NCBI GenBank assembly: GCA_003990765.1
Contig: RBNJ01000055.1
Coordinates: forward strand, 1-45,980
Source of the DNA: Jimgerdemannia flammicorona
Taxonomy: Eukaryota
Length of the DNA stretch: 45,980 nt
Reading direction: 5' to 3'
The translations under genes were made by a program, and so were the position numbers. The notes under the pieces are model-generated. The model saw only the letters and a program-made list of their open reading frames with translations, made no database searches and was not told where the DNA came from. Positions 35,801-45,980 of this stretch are shown here, piece by piece; within the stretch, counting starts at the first letter, position 1, and every line of letters begins with the position of its first letter.

Positions 35801-38800
35801 TGAATCCCGTATTATAGGAGGTTACCTGTGATAGCGTACGCGTGCGAAATGTTCGGCATCGACTACCTGCAGTAGGGTATGTATGTCGCCAAAAGTTAAT
35901 TCGGTGAATGGGAGAGATGTCAGTTATCATATGACAAGCTTTGTCGATATAGAACTGGAAAGGCCGAATTCGAAAGCGGATGGCTTGCATGGCTAGCCCG
36001 CCATTGGTAAGAGGGTGGAGAAGGAAGTCGCTCTGGAAGGAATGTGAGAGGAGATAAATTGAGTGAGTAACGACAGAAAAGAGTTTGAAACGTATCGAAA
36101 ATTGTGTAACTTACGGTGGGATAGAGCGGCAATGAGAAACGTGAAGCCCTGCCGGCGAATATTTTTATCCTTCCAGAAAGTCGACAAGATTGGCCTGGAT
36201 GAGAGCGCAGGGCATGCAAGTCCGACAAGGGCTTGTCGACTGACAGGTGTTCAACTGAACACGGAGAAGGACATGCTGGAATGTATAAATGACGATGTGC
36301 TCGCCAGCATTGTCGCACGACGATGATAAAAGACCTGCGGCTGCACGGAGAGGTTGACTTAGCCCTACTTGTGTTGCAGCAGGTGCGCAAGCGGACGACG
36401 AAAAATTAAACTAACCGATCGGAATATTTCAATGTAGTAGGCACCAGCGCTAGTTGCCGTGATAAGTGAGACGCTGCTGCCACCAGAAGGCCGTGCTTGC
36501 ATATATAGAGATGATGAAAGCTTCATCGGAGTCGGGGTCAGAGGCATACCGTTTCGTCCTTGCTTAAGGGACTCGTCAGCTGGCTTTCCTTGAAAAAGCA
36601 ACCAAAACGGTCAGACCTCTAAAGTCACGTGGCGTGCTGGAGGGACTACGTCCCTCAGCCACGCGACCAAGGCATAACCGAAAATATGTGAGTTCATTGC
36701 TCAAACTGATAGTCGAAGTCAAATTTTTGCACGCTGACTATATAAGACATGGTATGCAATGACTACAGAAGGACATAGTATGCCACCGTCATGACACTCC
36801 TGTTTTCCGGTCCTTGCAAGTGCACACAATTAAACCGATGTCAATATATGTTGCTATTGCTGTAACTAAATGCCAGGGGGACATCGCATGCACCGTCGCA
36901 CATACTCCCTGCCTCCCTGCAAAGCAAGAGCTCAATACTGAGCCTCAATACTGAGCAGGGGTCTCGATACTGAGCAGAGCAGGTCTCGATCCTGACGAAG
37001 AGTGTACAAATATTGTACTCTTACAACATAGGTTTACATATGCTCGGACACAAACAGGATTACATTCTCCCATAGTTGGGATCCCATTTTTCTATAGTCA
37101 GGAGAATGCAAAAAGAAAACTTGCCTTGAATTGGCGATTGCAGGTCCACAGTGAGGTGAGGCTCTAGAAAAGTGGAGGTTGATGAATTTTTGTGAGAGGG
37201 TGCTGGAATGGCCAAACGACGATGGTAAAAGACGATGGTAAAAGACCTGCGAATGCACGGGAAGGTCGAGATAGTCTTGATTGTTTTGCACGAGGCAGGT
37301 CGAAGAAAGGAGCGGGGCAGGTATATACACACACGCGCAAAGAAAAATTAGACTAACCTCAGAATATTTCAATGTCGTTGATACCAGCGCCAGTTCCCGT
37401 GATAAGTGAGACGCCGTCGCCAGAAGGCCGCGCTCGTATATATGGAGATGATGGAAGCTTCATTGGAGTCGGAATCAGAGGCAGACCGTTTCGTCCTTGC
37501 TCAAGGGACTCGTCAGCTGGCTTTCCTTGAAAAAGCAACCAAAACGGTCAGACCTCTAGAGTCACGTGGCGTGCTGGAGGGACTACGTCCCTCAGCCACG
37601 CGACCAAGGCAAAACCGAAATATGTGAGTTCATTGCTCAAACTGATAGTCAAAGTCAATTTTTTGCAAGCTGACTATATAAGACATGGTATGCCATGACT
37701 ACAGAAGGACATAGTATGCCACCGTCATGACACTCCTGTTTTCCGGTCCTTGCAAGTGCACACAATTAAACCGATGTCAATATATGTTGCTATTGCTGTA
37801 ACTAAATGCCAGGTGGACATCGCATGCACCGTCGCACATACTCCCTGCCTCCCTGCAAAGCAAGAGCTCAATACTGAGCCTCAATACTGAGCAGGGGTCT
37901 CGATACTGAGCAGAGCAGGCCTCGATCCTGACGAAGAGTGTACAAATATTGTACTCTTACAACATAGGTTTACATATGCTCGGACACCCAGGATTACATT
38001 CTCCCATAGTTGGGATCCCATTCTTCTATAGTCAGGAGAATGCAAAAAGATAACTTGCCTTGAATTGGCGATTGCAGGCCCACAGTGAGGTGATGCTCTA
38101 GAAAAGTGGAGGTTGATGAATTTTGGTGGGAGGGAACGACAATGGGGAACGTGAAGCCCTGCTTGCGAATATTTTACCATACCAAAACGTCGATGAGATT
38201 GGCTGGATGATTCGCGGGGCATGCGAGTCCGACAGAGTCTTGGCGGCTGACGGCCGTGTCCGTCCGCGCTGGACGCGGAGCAGGACATGCTGGAATTCCA
38301 AACGACGACGGTAAAAGACCTGCGGCTGCACGGGAAGGTTGAGTTAGTCTTGCTTGTGTTGCACGGGGCAGATAGAAGAAAGGAGGGGCAGGTACGCACA
38401 CGCGCGAAGAATAATTAAACTAACCGCTCAGAATATTTCAATGTAGTAGTAGGCACCAGCGCCAGTTGCTGTGATAGGTGAAGATGCCGCCGCCAGAAAG
38501 CTGCGCTCGCACACATAGATATAACGATCTTCACGATTGGCATCGTGACGATCGTCACCGGATGGCAACGGTGGAATTGTTAGAAAAATGCTAAGTTAGT
38601 CGAAGTCAAATTAGCTGAAGTCGAATCTTTGCACTAAGAATACAGAACATTGTATGCCACTCTTGATCCTGAAAAAGAGTATATGAATATTGTACTCCCT
38701 ACAACATAAGTTTATATATTCAAGGACATTCGCAGAATCCCATTCTTCTATAGTCAGGAGAATACAGAGAGACTGACCTTCAATTGGCGGTGGTAGGTCC

Positions 38801-40720
38801 ACAGAGTGCGTTGGCGCTCTCGATCGGTAGAGGTCATTCATAATATGCATTTGTTGTGCCAGTGGTGAGAGAGCATGAAAGAGTTGTCTCTATGGAAGGA
38901 ATGTGAAAGAGGGAGTAGCGAAAGAAAGGAGTTCAAAACGGTCGTAATTCACTTCAAGGAGAGCGAAGCAAGAGCAAACCGATGTTCCAATGCCAAAGGA
39001 GAGAGAGATGGTGACATGTGATGCCCAGAAATAGGAATAAATGACATCAGCACTATAACCTTGGACCGTGGCAGTATGAGGATGGAGGGTGAATCCCGTA
39101 TTATAGGAGGTTACCTGTGATAGCATACGTGCGAAATGTTCGCCATCGAAAAGGTACCTACCTGCGATAGGGTATGTATGCCGCCAAAAAGTTAATTCGG
39201 TGAATGGAAGAGATGTCAGTCATCAAATATGGCAAGCTTTATCGATATCAGAACTGGAAAGGCCGAATTCGAAAGCAGATAGCTTACATTTGACGGAATT
39301 GCATGGCTAGCCCGCCATTGGCAAGAAGAGGGTGGAGAAGGGAGTCGCTCTGGAAGGAATGTGAGAGGAGATACATTGAGTAACGACAGAAAAGAGTTTG
39401 AAACGTATCGAAAATTATGTGACTTACAGTGGCAATGGGAAACGTGAAGCCTTGCCAGCGAATATTTTATCCTTCCAGAATGTCGACAAGATTGGCCTGG
39501 ATGAGTGCGCAGGGCATGCAAGTCCGACAAGGGCTTGTCGACTGACAGGTGTGTCCAACTCAACACGGAGAAGGGCATGCTGGAATGCATAAATGACGAT
39601 GTGCTCGCACACCTGAATCACCAGCATTGTCGCACGACGATGGTAAAAGACCTGCGGCTGCACGAAGAGGTCGAGTTAGCCTTGTGTTGCAGCAGGTGCG
39701 CACGCGGACGACGAAAAATTTAACTGACCGATCAGAATATTTCAATGTAGTAGACACCAGCGCTAGTTGCCGTGATAAGTGAGACGCTGCCACAGAGGGC
39801 CATGCTTGCATATATAGAGATGATGAAAGCTTCATCGGAGTCGGAGTCAGAGGCAGACCGTTTCGTCCTTGCTCAAGGGACTCGTCAGCTGGCTTTCTTT
39901 GAAAAAGCAACCAAAACGGTAAGACCTCTACATTCACGTGGCGTGCTGGAGGGACTACGTCCCTCAGCCACGCGACCAAGGCATAACCGAAATATGTGAG
40001 TTCATTACTCAAACTGATGGTCAAAGTCAAATTTATACAAGCTGGCTATATAAGACATGGTATGCCATGACTACAGAAGGACATAGTATGCCACCGTCAT
40101 GACACTCCTGTTTTCCGGTCCTTGCAAGTGCACACAATTAAACCGATGTCAATATATGTTGCTATTGCTGTAACTAAATGCCAGGGGGACATCGCATGCA
40201 CCGTCGCACATACTCCCTGCCTCCCTGCAAAGCAAGAGCTCAATACTGAGCCTCAAGACTGAGCAGGGGTCTCGATACTGAGCAGAGCAGGTCTCGATCC
40301 TGACAAAAAGTGTACCAATATTGTACTCTTACAACATAGGTTTACATATGCTCGGACACACACAGGATTACATTCTCCTATAGTAGGGATCCCATTCTTC
40401 TATAGTCAGGAGACTGCAAAAAGAAAACTTGCCTTGAATTGGCGATTGCAGGTCCACAGTGAGGTGATGCTCTAGAAAGTGAATTTTGGTGAGAGGGTGC
40501 TGGAATATCCAAACGACGATGGTAAGAGACGATGGTAAGAGACGATGGTAAGAGACGATGGTAAAAGACCTGCAGCTGCACGGGAAGGTCCAGTTGGTCT
40601 TGTTTGTATTGCACAGGGCAGGTAGAAGGGAGCAGGGCAGGTACGTACACAGATGAAGGAAAACTAAATTAACTGCTCAGAATATTTAAATGTAGTAGAA
40701 ACCAGCACCAGTTGCCATGT
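32900..40720. repeat. Nested tandem segmental duplication array of gene-fragment modules (~0.93-kb units within ~3.3-kb higher-order units, ~2.3 periods)
   Basis: MEASLESESEAD-type module at ~33230, 34150, 36510, 37450, 39820; paired ORFs offset ~3285 bp (34123/37406, 34596/37881, 35322/38611, 35601/38890). Confidence 0.95.
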
Positions 40721-40775
40721 GGGGTAATGCCGGGTTTGAGGTAGGAAAATGGAAATCACGCGCTCAAGGGCTTAC

Positions 40776-41960
40776 CCACCACTGAAAGGATAGTTGGTGT
40801 CCATGGCCTCCTCGGGCTCCGTGCTATCCGAAATTTTCCTCCGGGATAAAGTCAGTTGGGTTATGCCAGTAGTTGCGATTGAAGCGGACGGAGCGTAGGC
40901 TGGCGGTGAGTAAGTCTGTGAAAGGCGGAAAGAACATATATCAAAAACCGGCCACAGCCTATACCCACAATCAAATCCGCCTCTGTCTCCAACAAATATC
41001 CTTGCTCTGATGCCCACATCTTTGGCACAAAGTACGGGCCTCCTTGCTCGTCTGCCTCCGCAGCCCCGGGGCCACGGGTGGTCTTGCTGATGACGGCAAT
41101 TGAGGTAGGGAAGGGGCTTGAGACGGCAGCGGAACATTCACGGAAACGTCCAGCTCGACATCCAGCTCTGCCAGGAGTCACACAAGCTTGTCCGGTTGCT
41201 GGAGGAGGAATATGATGGCGAAGCCCATCGTATTACTAGTGGCGTCGGAGCCCGAAATGCTGAGAAATGATGGGGGAGGAGGTTGTAAGGTTTGGCTCGT
41301 ACATATGGAACGTTTAAGAGAATGAAGAGATAGGATGCTCACAGAAAAGGCAGGCTCTCCTCTATAACGTCCTCAATGAGCAGGCGGTTGTTACTTTCCT
41401 TGGCGATGAGGATCTGGAGGATGTCGAGGCGGGTGCCGGATCTGATGCGCTCTTCCATGACATCGGTCACGAACTTCGGAAGTTGGAACATGTCAGAAAA
41501 ATTGTGAAGTTAATACAGCAAATAGCTTTGGAGAGCAGGACCCTGAAATACAAGGTCGTTTGCACGCTCATCGACTTACTTGGACAATATATGGATCATC
41601 TTTCATCATTCCAGGCCAGACTTTTAAGTAGTCGGACCGTTCTCGATTTCTTGAAGGTTTTGCCAAAAGCACTCTCTCCAATGATCTCCTGGAACGAAGG
41701 GAAGGAAGCAGATTAGATAGCAAGTCAATGATGGAAGACAGGATTGTCAGGAGTAAAATAGAAAAAGGTGTGTAGGAATATACGAGGTTCATACCAACGA
41801 CTATCTCTGCATAGCGACCAAATATCGATGACGGCACGATCACCGGCGCTCGCGATCTCTTCCCTGATCTTTTTAATCAGGCTTTCTGCTGACTTAAACA
41901 TGTACGGCCTGACGGAGTTGATGTATTTGATGGAGAAGCTACGCGGTGCTAGTGGATTAT
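40776..41960 (-). pseudogene. Cytochrome P450 pseudogene (intron-containing; lacks N-terminus and heme-Cys exon)
   Basis: FSIKYINSVRPYM...VIDIW, EIIGESAFGKTF, DILQILI, I-helix ISGSDATSNTMGFAIIFLL, LPYLN-AVISKT (degenerate ExxR), DFIPE, YPFSG then GTAAG donor; stops and frameshifts. Confidence 0.85.
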
Positions 41961-42017
41961 AGATGGAGAAAGCATTTTAAGTGGTGGAAACAAAATTCGG
42001 TTCGCACTCACACGTTG

Positions 42018-42205
42018 CTCAGGTCTCTATATTGATGCAAAGAGTGTACAAAATATTGCACTCCCTACGGCATAGGTTTACATAAGCAAGGACGTTCACA
42101 GGATCCCATTCTTTTATAGTCAGGAGAATACAGAGAAACTCACCTTTAATTGGCGGTTGCGGGTCCACAGAGTACGTCGACGCTCTGCTTGTGTTGCACG
42201 GGGCA
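42018..42205 (-). repeat. Isolated copy of the array's EEWD-V-YV module
   Basis: VDPQPPIKG..IKEWDPVNVLAYVNLCRRECNI, matching 35322-35561 and 38611-38850. Confidence 0.8.
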
Positions 42206-42224
42206 GGTAGAGGGAGCAGGGCCG

Positions 42225-42835
42225 AATGAGGCGAAGGCTGAATGAGGGTTGAGATAAATAGTGTGAGTTTGCGAATGGGTGGAGTTGGCGGGAGATTTGG
42301 AAGGAGAGAATGCCACCACACTGAAAGCGCTCCTTATTGTTGTGCGGACACACACCTTCTGGCGGCGAATGAGGCGAAGGCCGAATGAGGTGAGGGGTCG
42401 GGAAAAATAGTTTGCGTTTGCGAACAGTTGGTGGGAGATTTCGAAGGAGAGAACGCTGCCGTACTAAAAGTGCTCCTTATAGTTGCGCGGACACATACCT
42501 TCTGGTGGCGAATGAGGTGAAGGCCGGCCGAAAGAGGTGAAGGCCGGCCGAAAGAGGTGAAGGCGGAATGAGGGTCAGAAAAAAAGTGTGAGTTGCAAAT
42601 GGGTGGAGTTGGCGGGAGATTTCGGAGAAAACGCCACCAGACTAAAAGTGCTCCTTTTAGTTGCGCGGACATATAAATAGTGTTTTTGCGAATGGTTGGA
42701 GTTGGCGGGAGATTTCGCCACCATATTTAAAGTGCTCCTTATAGTTGCGTGGTCACATACCTTCTTGTGGCGAATGAGGAAAAGGCGGGAAATAGTGTGA
42801 GTTTGCGAATGTGTGAGGTGATTTCGAGGAGGGGG
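42225..42835. repeat. Degenerate ~100-145-bp tandem repeat (~5 copies)
   Basis: GAATGAGGCGAAGG...AAATAGTGTGAGTTTGCGAATGGGTGGAGTTGGCGGGAGATTT...AAAGTGCTCCTTATAGTTGCGCGGACAC. Confidence 0.85.
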
Positions 42836-43999
42836 AAGAGTTGGAAGTTCGAGTTAGAAACGTTTGTGTATTTTCATGGCGTCTGTGAGCAGTCACAAAC
42901 TCATACCCCAAGCCCAAGTTCCCAGTCCTAATGCCAGAGACCGATATATGTCGTCACTCATATAGATAGAAAAAGTCCAATCCACTTGTAACCCTCCGAT
43001 TCACCACTGGGGCATTTTTTGAACAAGTTTGAACTAATAACGATTCGTTAAATACACTTGAAAAAATAACCACGATGAAAATCATACCGTGTGCAGCATG
43101 TTAAGCGTGCTTTAGCAAGGTCACCAATAACGCTTGTCGGATGTTCCGTGCTTTTGCCATCACTCCATCGATTAAAACCATTGGCGTTGCCGGATACCGG
43201 AGCGAGTACCACGTCTGCGGAGCCAAGAGAGACCTTCCGCTCGCGAACGAGACCATCACATTTTGTGTCATCTGCAGTACCCGATCAATACGGTTGACCG
43301 AGTGGAACATTGCACGTACCTGGTTCTGTACACTATCTCCAGGCCTGCTCACGAGAATGGGGTGCATCCGGAGATAGCCAGCACAATCGGGGAATTATTG
43401 GAGAAATGGTTTGCCGAGGATCGGAGGTGGTTCGGATGTGTGTTCCAGGATATCTCGAGCTGCTGAATGGTGAGCAAATGAACGTCGGCGAGTATTGAGC
43501 ATGTGAACGAAGGCGAGCAGGTAAAAGTCATTCGTTAATATTCATTCTGTTCGGTGGTTAATTTTATGTCATCGATCAGGGCATTCCATTCTGCTCTGAG
43601 CTGTCATGTCCTGTCCCGTCCCATTTCATCTGATTCTAACAGGACCGGACGTGATCACACTGAGTGCCAGCGGACCTGGTTCTGGTGGATGATGATGAGG
43701 CAAGGGTGTGGTGAGCCGCCGGACTACATGATGGAAAGAAAGGTTCAGACGCGATAATTATATATAGAAACAGGCATTTACAAAATTAAAAAAATTGTAC
43801 CTTAGTGAAACACCACGGAATATTCACTCCGCTGATGATCACAGGGTTTCGGCAGCCGTCCTTCTAGTTAATCACCGAATGCATACAGTCTGTTCGGGTC
43901 TTGTTGCAGTACAGCGTTACCTTTGTCATGGCTGCTGCCGGCACGGTGTACGTGCAGGTTCTCTGGAGCGTGGTCGTTGGAAAAAATAATCTGTACTGG

Positions 44000-44500
44000 A
44001 TGTCAACGAAGAAGTAACGTCTGACGACGATGCAGAGGAAGCGGTCGAGGTCGAATTCGAGGTCGCAGTTGAGGTCGCCGTAATGTCGCAGTGATGTTGG
44101 AGGTTGAGGTCGAAGTCGAAGTCACGGTGGCTCTAAGGAAAACGTGTGCAAATGTTAGGGTTACAACTGTCTGTATTTGTGGAAACAAGCAAAAAGGCAA
44201 ATTCGTATAGCTTACCAGAAGTTGAAGACGAGGGAGCAGCGCAGTTTATGTATATAGTTTCCGGAATCAAGCTACAGTAATGAAGGACACGTCGGAGATG
44301 AGACTACGGGGGTGGAGATCGAGGTGCTGGAGGTTGGGGAATTGAACCGCGTTCGAGGATGGTTGCGCCCATGAGGGGGTCGCAGTTGCCTGCGTGCTCG
44401 GAAATGGCGAGGAGTGGCTCGGCTCGTTGATCGTCATCTCCTTGGCAATTCGCAGGAAGGGTGCGATTACCATAGCCACGACACATTTCGTACATTAACG
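44000..44500 (-). pseudogene. Possible leucine-rich-repeat (F-box/LRR-like) gene fragment
   Basis: AVQFPNLQHLDLHPRSLISDVSFITVA*; followed by a GTAAGC...CTAAC...CTTAG intron. Confidence 0.4.
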
Positions 44501-45519
44501 CAGGCGAGCCTCGATGCAGGTGGATCTCATGGGTATTATTTGGTCGGCAGCCTGAGCTCTAGTGTAAACTTTTTATCTTATATAATAGAAATAATAATAA
44601 CCACCAATATATCCTTATATAAAAATTCTTCGTACTACTGTGATTGTGAACGAGTTCATAACATTGATAAGAGCTTCCTCTATAATTTTTTTCTCATCGT
44701 ACACAACCGAATGGGAGGACGGACGACGGGTAATATAAATTGTGCGAAATTGGTTTAAAATACTTTCTAACATTATTCACTTTTATTCATTGCAAATTCG
44801 AAAATTTTTACACAAACCATTTCCATGTCAATAGAAAATATACGAGGTTGGCCGATGTGCAGGGCCTGCAATTCAGACAGATGTGTGATGGGCGTAAGGC
44901 CGGCCGCACCACGACTTCCGACGGTTCACTAAAAAGCCTGCTTCTTTGCCATAGCTGGTATGGCAAGTGAAGAAGTAGGCTGTTGGTGTTTATTTTTGGC
45001 ACGGAGTGAATAGAGAAAAATGTCGGAGTGAGCAATCTCTTCTAAATGATCCCGTTGTAGATGATAAAAAAAAAAAAAACTCACACGTCATTCTTCCTCA
45101 TCCACTTCCTCATCTCCTCATCTGCGCTCGCCGCCATCCCCAGCACAATCGCCAACGAAGGAACCACAACCACATCTTCGCGGTACCCTGTAACGACGAG
45201 ACAGGTTGCACGTCGATGTCATCCGTATCGTCAGTAAGGCTGAGGCGTAGGATAACGACGAAGGGCGAATACTCGTCTGGTTATATGCCGGCGGTGAACT
45301 ACAGCTCAAGATAGAGAGACAAGGTAGTAAATTAAAGCGGGGATCGCGTGCGAAATAGTGGTGGGGGAGGTGGGGGAGATGACACCCATCCTAATATCAA
45401 TCCTGGTTCTTTTCCCTCTATATATAACTCACATTTCCTACCATAAAAATCACCGACTGACCGACCCTCCATCCTTTCCCATGTCCATGTATATATACGC
45501 AATTTCCGTCTCCTGAAGC

Positions 45520-45925
45520 TGAGCGACAACTTGCCGCTGGCCGACGATTTATTGTTGAGCGTCGACCTGCCGCTGGACGACGATTTACCACGTGAGGATG
45601 ATTTGTAGGTGAGCAACAACTTGCCACTGGAGGACGAATGATGAGGGATAATGAATAATGAAGGTTGAAAACCTGGGAATTAACTCTGTCGTCGAAGCCT
45701 TACCGACGGTGACAATCAGCTTCGCTGGGAATGGCGGAGAGCGACGATTTACCGCAATAATTTTCCTACTGTCCTATGGCGAGTTGCAGTTGAGCGACGA
45801 CTTGCCAATGTAAGTGACGACCTCTTTGGTTGCCGATAGTCGCCAGGGGGTATTTAACTGTAGGGGGACGAACGTCGGCTGAGAGATGACTAAGAGCGAC
45901 GCTCTGCCACTGTGCGACGACTGGC
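45520..45925. repeat. Dispersed degenerate GAGCGACGACTTGCC-like short repeats
   Basis: ~6-7 imperfect copies (45521, 45557, 45611, 45739, 45792, 45894). Confidence 0.55.
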
Positions 45926-45980
45926 TATTGGGCGAATATTTGCAGGCGGATGGTAACGTGGCAGTGTGGACGATGGATTG

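Overview
Eukaryotic DNA, probably from an early-diverging (Mucoromycota-like) fungus; this is inferred from intron signals, TE types and P450 style. The window has two sharply different domains. (1) 1-~26.7 kb is strongly CpG-depleted, C>T/G>A-mutated transposon DNA. It holds a 5'-truncated Ty3/Gypsy element A (73-~5679) and a complete Ty3/Gypsy element B (9219-15835; ~484-bp LTRs, ATAT TSD). It also holds an inverted partial copy of LTR A (7183-8122), a possible LINE 3' fragment, a complete Ngaro-type tyrosine-recombinase retroelement with split direct repeats (18652-23623), and several minisatellites. Both Gypsy elements show PR - Cys/His module - dUTPase - RT - RNaseH in one reading frame (fused to gag in B). 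Their integrase is a separate ORF whose ATG overlaps the RNaseH stop (CATGAATAA in both). They also carry a homologous uncharacterised accessory ORF, placed between integrase and PPT in B but inside the putative LTR U3 in A. This multi-ORF, complex-retrovirus-like architecture is the most interesting signal. (2) ~26.7-46 kb has normal CpG content. It holds small intron-containing genes or fragments, a nested tandem duplication array (~0.93 kb units inside ~3.3 kb higher-order units, 32.9-40.7 kb), a truncated cytochrome P450 pseudogene and an LRR fragment. All alignments and translations were done by eye; no searches were run.
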